From an uncultured Rhodospirillaceae bacterium (GTDB lineage: Bacteria; Pseudomonadota; Alphaproteobacteria; Micavibrionales; UBA2020): a stretch of DNA of 64,000 bases. Location of the stretch: NCBI GenBank assembly GCA_964476835.1, contig CAYZCE010000002.1:2532-66531 (forward strand). The letters are read 5' to 3'. The notes under the pieces were generated by a model. The model ran no database searches and was not told the DNA's origin. It saw only the letters and a program-made list of their open reading frames with translations. How positions within the stretch are numbered: position 1 is the stretch's first letter; every line of letters begins with the position of its first letter. This document shows positions 47,754 to 60,324 of the stretch, one piece after another. The position numbers were made by a program, and so were the translations under genes.

Positions 47754-49193
47754 ATGCGGCTTATCGCCTTCACCAAAGACCACCGCGATTTCTACGCCAA
47801 CCTGCCCGCGGCAGCCGGCACGATCGACGTCTGCCCCGACGAGACGAAGGACGCGGTCGCGCACAACAACGCCGATATCGCCATCCTCGACGGCGAGTCC
47901 TTCCGCGCGCTCAAGAGCGAGCGCAACTACCGCCACCTGCGCGAGCTGTACCTGCCCCTCGACCTCGGCTTCGGCAAGCTGTGCAAGGCGCTGGCCTACA
48001 GCGCGCGCTACCTCGCCGCGCGCCGCCTGCGCCCTTACGCCACCGCCACGCTGACGGCGGCCAACGGCGCGCAACGCCGCTTCCTGAAGATGAAGATCCA
48101 TTCGCGCAAGACGCGGAATTCCGAATTCGACTACTACCCCGCCGAATGGACGGCGCTCGACTTCCTCAAGTTCCTTGACGGCCTCGGCGCGCGCTACGTG
48201 GCGCTGCGCTGGCACGACAAGATCCTCCACGACCTGCCGATGCGCGACATCGACCTGCTGATCGCGGACGAGGACATCAAGAAAGTCACGCAGAACCTCG
48301 ACGGCCTCGTCGGGCGCAAGAAGGTGCACATGCACTCCGTCAACGGCGGCGAGCGCGAGAAGGTCGACCAGATGGCCTATTTCCCGCCCAAGATCAGCCG
48401 CCGCATCATCGAGAACCGCGTGAAGCTGACGGACAACGTCGGCTTCCGTCCGTCAGACCATGACCATTTCTTCTCGCTCGCCTATCACGCCGTCGTCGAC
48501 AAGGGCGCGGCCTCCGGCCTGCCGGAAGCGCCGGGCATCGCCGCCGACCCGGAGAACAAGTACTATAAGGAACTGAAGCGCCTGCGGGACGTGCTCGGCC
48601 TCGACGTCTCCATCGACCTTGAATCGCTGGTGGTCTGCCTCGAGAAAAACCACTGGCTGCCGCCCGCCGACCGCCTCGCGAAATTCGTCGCGCGCAATGA
48701 ATGGCTGAAGAAACGCATGGCCACGGTGCCGTCGGCGACCAGCCACATCAACGGCGATTATACCGTCATGCTGATCCGCGAGATCGTGCGCGAATGGGGC
48801 ATCCTGCCCGAACTGCTCGCCGACCTGCGCAAGATGGGCTTCCAGATCGTATTTGAAAAAGAACTCAAGGGCGAGGAGCGCGAGCACATCTGCACCGAGA
48901 TCCGCGGCGGCAACTGGAGCCCCGGCCCCTGGAAGACCAACGGCGGCAGGCCTTTCTACGCCCTGCTGCTGTTCGACCCGAAGCCGATCAAGATGACGCG
49001 CAAGCAGCTCACGCAGTTTCCCTTCGTGCAGAACGCGCGCCTGCTGAACAAGAGCAAGTGGCGCGAGAAAGTCAACGCCCGCTTCCCCAAGGCGCAGCAG
49101 GCCAACTTCGTGCATGCGAGCGACAATACGCACGAGGCCTACGAATACCTCTCGGTCATCGCGCCCCAGGCCGTCGACGAACTGATGAAATAA
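47754..49193 (+). CDS. Uncharacterised protein with a nucleotidyltransferase-like DxD segment and an NDK-like C-terminal segment
   Basis: 479 aa. LGARYVALRWHDKILHDLPMRDIDLLIADEDIKKVTQNLDGLVGRKKVHMH resembles the 'uncharacterised nucleotidyltransferase' pattern (R..DiDlLv..~D...a...L...G....v.lH). The C-terminal ~135 aa can be threaded on NDK and ends in ANFVHASDNTHEAYEYL. Confidence 0.7.
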   Translation: MRLIAFTKDHRDFYANLPAAAGTIDVCPDETKDAVAHNNADIAILDGESFRALKSERNYRHLRELYLPLDLGFGKLCKALAYSARYLAARRLRPYATATLTAANGAQRRFLKMKIHSRKTRNSEFDYYPAEWTALDFLKFLDGLGARYVALRWHDKILHDLPMRDIDLLIADEDIKKVTQNLDGLVGRKKVHMHSVNGGEREKVDQMAYFPPKISRRIIENRVKLTDNVGFRPSDHDHFFSLAYHAVVDKGAASGLPEAPGIAADPENKYYKELKRLRDVLGLDVSIDLESLVVCLEKNHWLPPADRLAKFVARNEWLKKRMATVPSATSHINGDYTVMLIREIVREWGILPELLADLRKMGFQIVFEKELKGEEREHICTEIRGGNWSPGPWKTNGGRPFYALLLFDPKPIKMTRKQLTQFPFVQNARLLNKSKWREKVNARFPKAQQANFVHASDNTHEAYEYLSVIAPQAVDELMK

Positions 49194-49196
49194 GAT

Positions 49197-50384
49197 TTAT
49201 GCGCGGTAGACGACGAAGCTGCCGATGCCGCTTCCCTGACCTTGCCGCGCCGCCCGCAGCACCGCCTTCTTCAAGCGCTTGAACAGGCGTTTCGGCAGGC
49301 GGCAGAGCAGGAAGGCGAAACGTTTCATCGTCAGGCTGCCCTCTCCCGACAGTTCCGCCAGCGAGACACCCAACACCTTGCGCCAGTCGTCTTCATACGT
49401 CACGGCGCGTCCGGCCGGCAATACGCCGGAAAAGCCCGGCGGCGGGCCTTTCACGTCGAAGCTTTCCGAGAAATCCGTGCCGGCCGGCTGGTCGGCGAGA
49501 TATTCGAGGTCGGCGATCCGCACGGCATCGCCCTCGAACAGGAACGCGCCGGGATGCGCGTCAAGAACGGCGCAGCCGCGTGCATGGATCTTGCGGAGCA
49601 GCGCGAAACACGCCCGCGCGCGGGCGAGCGGGAACAGCCCAAGGCCGTCTTCACGCCACTGCCACGCGTCAGGATAATACGGCATCACGAAGTAGTTGTC
49701 GCCCACTTCCAGGATCGGCGTCACTTCCGGCAGCCCTGCCAGGCGTTGCCGCGCCGCAAGCTCGCGCTGCAGGAAGTCGAGCGCTGAGAGGCGGAACGTC
49801 TTGCACACCGCCCGCGTCCCGCGGAAATCGACGACGTCAACGCGCGAACGCGCCGCATGGCTGCCAAGCTGCTGCAGCACGGCATATGGCGGACGGAATG
49901 CCTCGGCGCCGGCGCATGCCCGGGCGCGGATGGCGTCGCTATCGGCGGGAAACAGGCTCTTGATCATCAGCGCCGTTTCGGCGGCTGTCGCCAGCCGCGC
50001 GACTTGCGCCTTTTGGGTGCGGAAACGGCGAATGAGCTGGCGTGCCGCCTTGTCGCTGCGTGCGGGCGAAGGCTGCAAATCCTGCGCAGCGGCCGCCAGC
50101 AGGAAACGGTGCGATGCCGGCTGGGCCAGCCCTGCCGGCAAGGTTCCGGCCGTCGTCGCGGCCAGGAAATCAAAACCCCGCATCGTCAGCATCTCGCGCA
50201 ATTCCGCCGCCGTTGCCTCGAGCGGAACGGGCGCGGTCACGATAAAAAGTTCAGTGAAGGGAAACTCGGAAGAAAATTCCACGCCTAGTACCGGGTCAGT
50301 CTGTTTTATGAAATCATTAAATACCAGTATCATGACCAGCGTCAAGGGGACGTTGGTATGCATTTTTTCATAATATAAAAACAT
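49197..50384 (-). CDS. Protein-kinase-like fold protein (Kdo/WaaP LPS-kinase-like) with an unknown N-terminal domain
   Basis: 395 aa. It has AVCKTF (Lys), RELAARQRL (Glu), a catalytic-loop-like VLDAHPGAFLF and VRIADLEYL (DFG-equivalent). The start is uncertain: no SD precedes any of the first three Met codons, and the first ~100 nt are AT-rich. Confidence 0.65.
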   Translation of the reverse strand: MFLYYEKMHTNVPLTLVMILVFNDFIKQTDPVLGVEFSSEFPFTELFIVTAPVPLEATAAELREMLTMRGFDFLAATTAGTLPAGLAQPASHRFLLAAAAQDLQPSPARSDKAARQLIRRFRTQKAQVARLATAAETALMIKSLFPADSDAIRARACAGAEAFRPPYAVLQQLGSHAARSRVDVVDFRGTRAVCKTFRLSALDFLQRELAARQRLAGLPEVTPILEVGDNYFVMPYYPDAWQWREDGLGLFPLARARACFALLRKIHARGCAVLDAHPGAFLFEGDAVRIADLEYLADQPAGTDFSESFDVKGPPPGFSGVLPAGRAVTYEDDWRKVLGVSLAELSGEGSLTMKRFAFLLCRLPKRLFKRLKKAVLRAARQGQGSGIGSFVVYRA

Positions 50385-50435
50385 GGGTGCCGCGCGGCTT
50401 TATTGGACAAGGCGGCTCTGCTAACGTGGTGCCCC

Positions 50436-51328
50436 ATGAACCAGACTCCAGACAGCCCGGGCCGGATGTACCTGCCCTTTATCCCGCCCAACGCCTGCGA
50501 CCTGCAGGTCAGCTTCGAGTTCTTCCCGCCGCAAACGCCGAAGATGGAAGAGACGCTGTGGGAGTCGATCGGCCTGCTCGCGCCGCTCAAGCCGTCGTTC
50601 GTCTCGGTCACCTATGGCGCGGGCGGCTCGACACGCGAGCGCACGCACGAGGTGGTGACGCATGTGCAAGAGCGCACCGGGCTGAAGGCCGCCGCGCACC
50701 TCACCTGCATCGGCGCCTCGAAGGGCGAGATCGACGACATCGCGCGACGCTATTGGGCGAGCGGCATCCGCCACATCGTCGCGCTGCGCGGCGACATCCC
50801 GCCCGGCCATGCGCATGCGAAGGACGGCTACGACCACGCCTCCGACCTCATCGCCGGCCTCAAGAAAATCGCCGACTTCGAGATCAGCGCCGCCGGCTAC
50901 CCCGAAAAGCATCCCGAGGCGCCGAGCATTGAGAGCGACATCGACTTCCTCAAGCGCAAGGTGGATGCCGGCGCCAGCCGCGTCGTCACGCAGTTCTTCA
51001 TTGAACCTGCGACCTTCCTGCGCTTCCGCGACCACGCGGCAAAGGCAGGCGTGAACGTGCCGATCGTGCCGGGCATCTTGCCCGTCTCCAACTACGAGAA
51101 GACCGTGCGCTTCAGCAACGCCTGCCAGGTCGCGCTGCCCGAATGGCTGCACACCCTCTTCACCGGGCTTGACGCGCAACCCGACACGCGCCGCCTCGTC
51201 GCCGCAACCGTCGCCGCCGAGCAGTGCCGCGCGCTTTATGCCGAGGGCATCCGCCACTTCCACTTCTACACGCTGAACCGGGCGGAGCTGACGCTGGCCA
51301 TCTGCCATATGCTGGGATTGCGCGCCGC

Positions 51329-51332
<4 letters not shown>
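50436..51332 (+). CDS. metF: 5,10-methylenetetrahydrofolate reductase
   Basis: The [11 protein letters not shown] motif lies near the N-terminus, followed by a TIM-barrel MetF pattern. An ATG at 50436 was preferred over the TTG at 50403. The stop overlaps the metH start (ATGA). Confidence 0.9.
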
Positions 51333-54979
<3,647 letters not shown>

Positions 54980-54980
54980 C

Positions 54981-55757
54981 ATGACGATGCCCACGCTCTT
55001 CATCCCGCACGGCGGCGGCCCCTGCTTCTTCATGGACTGGGATCCGCCCGACACGTGGACGAAAATGGGCGAGTACCTGCGCGGCATCGCGGCGACACTG
55101 CCGAAGCCGAAGGCCATCGTCGTGATTTCCGCCCACTGGGAAGAACCCGACTTCACCGTCATGACCAACCCGAAACCGGGACTGATCTACGACTACAACG
55201 GCTTCCCGCCGCATACCTACCAGATCCAATATCCCGCGCCCGGCTCGCCCGAAGTGGCGGCGCGCGTCGCGACGCTGCTGACATCCGCAGGCATCGCGGT
55301 GCGCGAAAACGCGCAGCGCGGCTTCGATCACGGCGTGTTCATCCCGTTCAAGCTGGTCTATCCAGCGGCGGATATTCCGGTCATCCAGCTGTCGCTGAAG
55401 GCAGGCCTCGACCCGGCGGCGCATATCGCGGCGGGCCGCGCGCTGGCGCCATTGCGCGACGAGGGCATCCTGATCGTCGCCAGTGGCATGAGCTACCACA
55501 ACCTCGGCCGCTTCTTCCGCGGCAACGACCCGGGCGCACAGGAATTCGACGACTGGCTGGCCGCCGCCGTCACCGCACCCGACGCGCTCGAACAGCTGAT
55601 GCGCTGGCAGGATGCCCCGTCTTCCCGCGCCGCGCATCCGCGCGAAGAGCACCTGCTGCCCCTGATGGTCGCGGCGGGTGCAGGCGGCGGCGCGGGCTCA
55701 CGCACCTATAGCGACCGCGTCAACGGCATAGCGCTGTCGGGGTTCAGGTTCGGATGA
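54981..55757 (+). CDS. Class III extradiol ring-cleavage dioxygenase (YgiD / 4,5-DOPA dioxygenase-like)
   Basis: It has the N-terminus PTLFIPHGGGPCFFM and the motifs ISAHWE, FDHGVF.P and SGMSYHN. It starts 2 nt after the metH stop. Confidence 0.85.
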   Translation: MTMPTLFIPHGGGPCFFMDWDPPDTWTKMGEYLRGIAATLPKPKAIVVISAHWEEPDFTVMTNPKPGLIYDYNGFPPHTYQIQYPAPGSPEVAARVATLLTSAGIAVRENAQRGFDHGVFIPFKLVYPAADIPVIQLSLKAGLDPAAHIAAGRALAPLRDEGILIVASGMSYHNLGRFFRGNDPGAQEFDDWLAAAVTAPDALEQLMRWQDAPSSRAAHPREEHLLPLMVAAGAGGGAGSRTYSDRVNGIALSGFRFG

Positions 55758-56440
55758 CATGCACGCCCGCCGATATCGAGGTCTTGCGCCAGCTGCCGCT
55801 GTTTGAAACGGGCGCGCTGCTCCAAGCCGCGACGGTGCGCGATCACGCAAAGGGCAGCCACCTTTTCCTGCAAGGCGACGCGGCCACGCGGCTGTTCGTC
55901 GTCATCAGCGGCTGCGTGAAACTCTACCGCGTCACGGAAGACGGCGAGGAAGCGGTCGTCGGCCTCTTCACCCGCGGCGACATGTTCGGCGAGGCGGCGG
56001 GACTGGAAAATGCCGTCTACCCCTCTTCCGCGCAGGTCGCAGAGGACGCGCGCATCGCCGAAATTCCCGCGCGCGCCTTGCGCGGCATGCAGGCGCAATT
56101 GATGGGCGCGATGGCACAGGAGCTCCACCGCCTGCGCATGGAGAACGAGCACAAGGCGCTGATGGACGCCGCCGAGCGCGTCGGCTGCCTGCTGCTGGAA
56201 CTGACATCCGACGGCAAGACCGCCTTCCCCTACGACAAGGCGCTGGCCGCGCAAAAGCTCGGCATGACGCCGGAGACGTTTTCGCGCGCGCTGGCGAAAC
56301 TGAAGCCGCTTGGCGTCACCGTCGACGGTCCCGGCATCCGCATCGAGAATCCTGCCCGCCTCGCCCATTACGCCTGCGCCCATTGCTCGGCCTCGGGCGC
56401 GGAATGCGCCGGCGCGCGCCTCAAAGCCCGCAGCCCTTGA
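55754..56440 (+). CDS. Crp/Fnr-family transcriptional regulator with a C-terminal Cys cluster
   Basis: 228 aa. It has a cNMP-binding-like barrel (LFLQGD....LFVVISG.VKLYR..EDGEE.VVG....GDMFGE) and an HTH (LAAQKLGMTPETFSRALAKL). The C-terminus is CAHCSASGAEC. The ATG overlaps the upstream stop (ATGA). Confidence 0.85.
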   Translation: MTCTPADIEVLRQLPLFETGALLQAATVRDHAKGSHLFLQGDAATRLFVVISGCVKLYRVTEDGEEAVVGLFTRGDMFGEAAGLENAVYPSSAQVAEDARIAEIPARALRGMQAQLMGAMAQELHRLRMENEHKALMDAAERVGCLLLELTSDGKTAFPYDKALAAQKLGMTPETFSRALAKLKPLGVTVDGPGIRIENPARLAHYACAHCSASGAECAGARLKARSP

Positions 56441-56500
56441 TTTCCGTCAAGAGCCCCTGCCCCGCCTTGTGGCCCAATAGAGGGAGCAAGGAGGCACCGC

Positions 56501-56698
56501 ATGACAAACACCAGAATCGACAGATGGTTCGCCCCGCTGAGCCACGCCCTCGTCGTCGCATCCATCATCAGGCTGACGGCCTATATGGCCGAAAACGTCG
56601 GCCAGGGGGTCTTCCCTTTGTGGCCCTACCCGGCTTTTGCGGGCTTGGTGGCGCTGCTGTTTGCGGCTTATGGCGTGCTGGCGCGGCGATTCCCGTAA
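56501..56698 (+). CDS. Small two-TM membrane protein, hypothetical
   Basis: 65 aa. It has a strong AAGGAGG SD 7 nt upstream and two hydrophobic helices. Confidence 0.5.
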   Translation: MTNTRIDRWFAPLSHALVVASIIRLTAYMAENVGQGVFPLWPYPAFAGLVALLFAAYGVLARRFP

Positions 56699-56759
56699 TA
56701 TTGATCCAGCCCTCGAAATCAGGTAAACTGACCGGGAATCACCCCCTTCGGAGATCCCC

Positions 56760-57740
56760 GTGCATCCTGCGTTCTCGTTGAAAAAGGCGTTCCTGACCGT
56801 CGCGTTGCTATGCACCGCGGGGCTGGGCCGTCATGAGCAGGCCAATGCCACGTCGAGCGAAGCCGGCCCCGCGCGCGACCCGATCGAGACGGTCGCGACG
56901 CCAGCCCTCGACTGCCACTGCGTGACGCTGGCGCCCGAAGGAAAAGCCAACGTCGAAACCCCCGGCCTCTTCGCCGAGATCGTCATCGACGCCAAGACCG
57001 GCGACGTGCTGAGCGAGAAGAACGCCGACACGCGCCTCTACCCCGCCTCGCTGACCAAGATGATGACGCTTTACCTGACCTTCGCCGATTTGCGCGACGG
57101 CAGGCTGACGATGGATCAGGTGCTCACCGCCTCCGACAACGCCGCCGCGCAGAAACCGTCGTCGCTGGGGCTCGAGAAGGGCGACACCATCACGGTCGAG
57201 GACGCCATCCTCGCCCTCACCGTCCATTCGGCGAACGACGTCGCGGTCGTGATCGCCGAAGCGCAGGGCGACGATTTCATCTGCCGCATGAACGCGCAGG
57301 CCTGCGCGCTCGGCATGAACAACACGCATTTCGCCAATCCTTCGGGTTTGCCGAAGACAACCAACCATCCCGACCTCGACCATTTCAGCACCGTGCGCGA
57401 CATGGCGACCTTGTCGCAGGCGCTCATGCGCGACTTCCCCGCGTATTACCACTACTTCGGCGTCAAGACCTTCACCTGGAACCATGTGACCTACAGCAAC
57501 CACAACAAGCTGATGAGCCAATATGCAGGCATGGACGGTCTCAAGACCGGCTATATCTCGGCTTCCGGCTATAACCTCGCAGCCTCGGCCGTGCATGGCG
57601 ACACGCGGCTGATCGGCGTCGTCTTCGGCGGCCACTCGGGCAAGTCGCGCGATGCGGAGATGAAATTGTTGCTCGACCAAGGCTTCGCCAAGGTCAAGAA
57701 AGAGCAAAAGCCAAAGGTCGCTTCCGTCCGCCCTTCATAA
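56760..57740 (+). CDS. dacC: D-alanyl-D-alanine carboxypeptidase (serine peptidase S11, PBP5/6-like)
   Basis: The SxxK (ASLTKMM), SxN (HSANDV) and KTG (LKTGY) motifs are present, with a signal peptide. It has a GTG start. Confidence 0.88.
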   Translation: MHPAFSLKKAFLTVALLCTAGLGRHEQANATSSEAGPARDPIETVATPALDCHCVTLAPEGKANVETPGLFAEIVIDAKTGDVLSEKNADTRLYPASLTKMMTLYLTFADLRDGRLTMDQVLTASDNAAAQKPSSLGLEKGDTITVEDAILALTVHSANDVAVVIAEAQGDDFICRMNAQACALGMNNTHFANPSGLPKTTNHPDLDHFSTVRDMATLSQALMRDFPAYYHYFGVKTFTWNHVTYSNHNKLMSQYAGMDGLKTGYISASGYNLAASAVHGDTRLIGVVFGGHSGKSRDAEMKLLLDQGFAKVKKEQKPKVASVRPS

Positions 57741-57741
57741 A

Positions 57742-57777
57742 GAAAAAGCCCTCTCCGCTTTGGGCGGAGAGGGCTTC
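57742..57777. terminator. Hairpin terminator between convergent genes (better T-run on the minus strand)
   Basis: AAAAA is followed by the stem GCCCTCTCCGC (57748-58) / GCGGAGAGGGC (57764-74) and then TT. Confidence 0.7.
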
Positions 57778-57793
57778 GGGGCGTTAACCTCGC

Positions 57794-58438
57794 TTATTTA
57801 TCCCATTCGATGACGGCGCGGCGGTTCTCCGGCATCTTCACGCCGTCGGCCGTGGGCACGGCCAAATCCGTTTCGCCATAGCCCTTATCGGTGATGTAAT
57901 CCTTCTTCACGCCGCGGTCGACCAGCGCCTGGGTCACGGCGTCGGCGCGTTTTTGCGAGAGGGCCATGTTATGCGTCGCAGTGCCAGCCGTGCTGGTATG
58001 GCCACCAACCGTCACATGCGTTGCGCCGGATTTCCCGATGGCGGCAGCGGCCTTGTCGATTTTGGCCTTTTCAGCCTCTGGTATGACGGCGCTGTCAAAG
58101 CCGAAATAGACGGCGGCCGCGGTCGGCGCAGGCGCGGGTACAGGGACCGGGGCGGGCACGAAGACCGCCGCCGGCGCCTCAACCTGCTTAGGCGCCGCGC
58201 GCTCGAAATCGCAGCCGTTCATCACGTAACCTGCGGGCAGCGGCTGGTAGCGCTGGCAGGGTTCGCGGTTCAGCTGGTACTCGAGATATGTTTTCCACAT
58301 GTAGTATTCCTTCTTGTACTGCACGTCGCCGACGTCGTAATACGGCAGCGAACCCGTTTCCTGCGCCTGCGCGCGCAACGGCATCGCCGCGACGCACAGC
58401 ATCAGCCCCATCAAGGGCAGCATCATTTTGTTCTTCAT
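57794..58438 (-). CDS. OmpA-family peptidoglycan-binding protein
   Basis: 214 aa. It has a signal peptide, a Pro/Ala linker and a C-terminal OmpA_C domain (VYFGFDSAVI...GHTSTAGTATHNMALSQKRADAV...ENRRAVIE). Confidence 0.85.
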   Translation of the reverse strand: MKNKMMLPLMGLMLCVAAMPLRAQAQETGSLPYYDVGDVQYKKEYYMWKTYLEYQLNREPCQRYQPLPAGYVMNGCDFERAAPKQVEAPAAVFVPAPVPVPAPAPTAAAVYFGFDSAVIPEAEKAKIDKAAAAIGKSGATHVTVGGHTSTAGTATHNMALSQKRADAVTQALVDRGVKKDYITDKGYGETDLAVPTADGVKMPENRRAVIEWDK

Positions 58439-58606
58439 GTTGTTCTCCTTACAGTGATGAAACGGGCGCCGGACGACGCCGCCAGATGAAAAGGAATCAC
58501 CCTTCTATTCTACCACGAGTAGAAACATCAGTTCTTAACGGGCGTTAATGACCATGCCTTGTCCCTGACAGCCAAGGAAAAACGCGCATAGCGGGGCATG
58601 CGGGAT

Positions 58607-60244
58607 TTAGCGGAAGGATTGCAGGCGGCCTTCGAGCATCAGGCTGCGGGCATCGAGGTCTTGCTCGATCTTGCGCAGCACATCGGCGCTGAAGACGCCC
58701 TTCTTGTGCATCTGCACGAGCAGGTCGCGCTGGTGGTCGATGACTTCCTGCTCCGAATGGATGTAGTCTTGGAACGGGCCGTACTGGTCCTCGTCGTGCG
58801 AACTGGGCGGGGTGCCTTCTTCCGCGTCCTCGTCGCGCAGCACGCCCTTGAGGTAGCTGATCTGGCGTTCAAGGCGGTTGCGCACGTTGTCCAGCGCGCG
58901 GGCGTGCATGCGCTTGGACAGTTCTTCCTCGATAAACGTGTCGGCGCTGGCGGCAAGCAAAAGGCGCAGGCGGCGCTCTTCGTTCATCGTCTTCTCGTCC
59001 GTCTCGCTGACGTCGAGCTTCTTGATGAGGAACGGCAGCGTCCAGCCCTGGAAGACCAGCGTCACGAGGATGACGATGAAGCTGATGAACAAGATGACGT
59101 CGCGCTGCGGGAAGGCCTCGCCGCCCGGAATGGTCAGCGGCAGCGCCATCGCGGTCGCCAGCGACACGACGCCACGCATGCCCGACCAGCCGAGGATGAG
59201 CAGGTAGCGGTTGTCGGTGACGACGGAACGGTCGTACTTGAACAGGCGGTAGATCCAGCGCGTGATATGCGCGCTCGGGAAGATCCAGACGAGACGCATG
59301 ACGATGACGACCGCGCTGATGAGCAGGCCGAAGAAGATCATCTCGTCCATCGTATGGCTGGCGCCGACCGCGCTGATGATCTGCGGCAGCTGCAGGCCGA
59401 TCAGGATGAACACCAGGCCGTTGAGCAGGAAGATCAGCGTCTCCCAGAAGTTGTTCATCTGCATGCGCGTGCGGAACGAGAAGATCTCGTGCGCGCGCCA
59501 CGACACGTAAAGCCCGACGGTCACCGCCGCCAGCACGCCCGACACCTCCGCCTTTTCCGCGACGAGGTAGGCGACGAAAGGCAATTGCAGCGTCATCACG
59601 GTCTCGACCGTCGCGTTGTTCAGCAGGCGCTTTTGCAGCACGGTGAAGAGGTAGCCGAGCACATAGCCGACCACGATGCCGCCGAGCGCCACGAAGGCGA
59701 AATTGAAGGTCGCTTTCCACCAGATAAAAGTGCCGCTCAAAACCGCCGCCACCGCGTAGCGATAGGCGACCAGCGCGGTCGCGTCGTTGATGAGGCTCTC
59801 GCCTTCAAGGATGGCGACGAGGCGCTTGGGCAGGTGCAGGCCCTTGATCGCGCTGGTCGCGGCGACGGCGTCGGGTGGCGAGACGATCGCGCCGAGCACG
59901 AAGGCCAGCGGCCAGCTGAAGCCCGGGATGAAATAATGGGCCGTGATGGCGACACTGGCGGTCGAGAAGAGCACGAGGCCGATCGCCAGACGCCCGATGA
60001 CGCCGCGGTTGCGCCGGAAATCGTGCCATGACATGTGCCGCGCCGCGTCGAACAGCAAGGGCGGCAGGAACAGCAGGAAGGCGACGTTGGGGCTCAGGCG
60101 CACGCTGGGCAGGCCGGGGATCAGGCTGATCGCCAGCCCCGCCACGACGAGCAGGATCGGGTACGACACCTTGACCCGCTCCGCGAGCGAGTACAGCCCC
60201 GCAAGGAGCGCCATCAGGAGGAGAATGATGTCTAGGTGCTGCAT
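58607..60244 (-). CDS. Na+/H+ antiporter, CPA1 (NhaP-type)
   Basis: 545 aa. It has about 12 TM segments, the motifs GESLINDATALV and GMRGVVSLA, and a C-terminal cytoplasmic helical tail. Confidence 0.9.
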   Translation of the reverse strand: MQHLDIILLLMALLAGLYSLAERVKVSYPILLVVAGLAISLIPGLPSVRLSPNVAFLLFLPPLLFDAARHMSWHDFRRNRGVIGRLAIGLVLFSTASVAITAHYFIPGFSWPLAFVLGAIVSPPDAVAATSAIKGLHLPKRLVAILEGESLINDATALVAYRYAVAAVLSGTFIWWKATFNFAFVALGGIVVGYVLGYLFTVLQKRLLNNATVETVMTLQLPFVAYLVAEKAEVSGVLAAVTVGLYVSWRAHEIFSFRTRMQMNNFWETLIFLLNGLVFILIGLQLPQIISAVGASHTMDEMIFFGLLISAVVIVMRLVWIFPSAHITRWIYRLFKYDRSVVTDNRYLLILGWSGMRGVVSLATAMALPLTIPGGEAFPQRDVILFISFIVILVTLVFQGWTLPFLIKKLDVSETDEKTMNEERRLRLLLAASADTFIEEELSKRMHARALDNVRNRLERQISYLKGVLRDEDAEEGTPPSSHDEDQYGPFQDYIHSEQEVIDHQRDLLVQMHKKGVFSADVLRKIEQDLDARSLMLEGRLQSFR

Positions 60245-60324
60245 GCGCCGCCCCGGATTGATCCAATACCCGACTATAAAATATTTCGCGGTCGCATTTC
60301 AACGATTGCGTGCTGACGGACAGC

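Noticed and set aside
50385-50435. Possible SAM or cobalamin riboswitch upstream of metF-metH.
   Set aside because: Only ~50 nt are available between the divergent genes, and I could not find the conserved SAM-II (AAAGCU-type pseudoknot) or B12-box elements.
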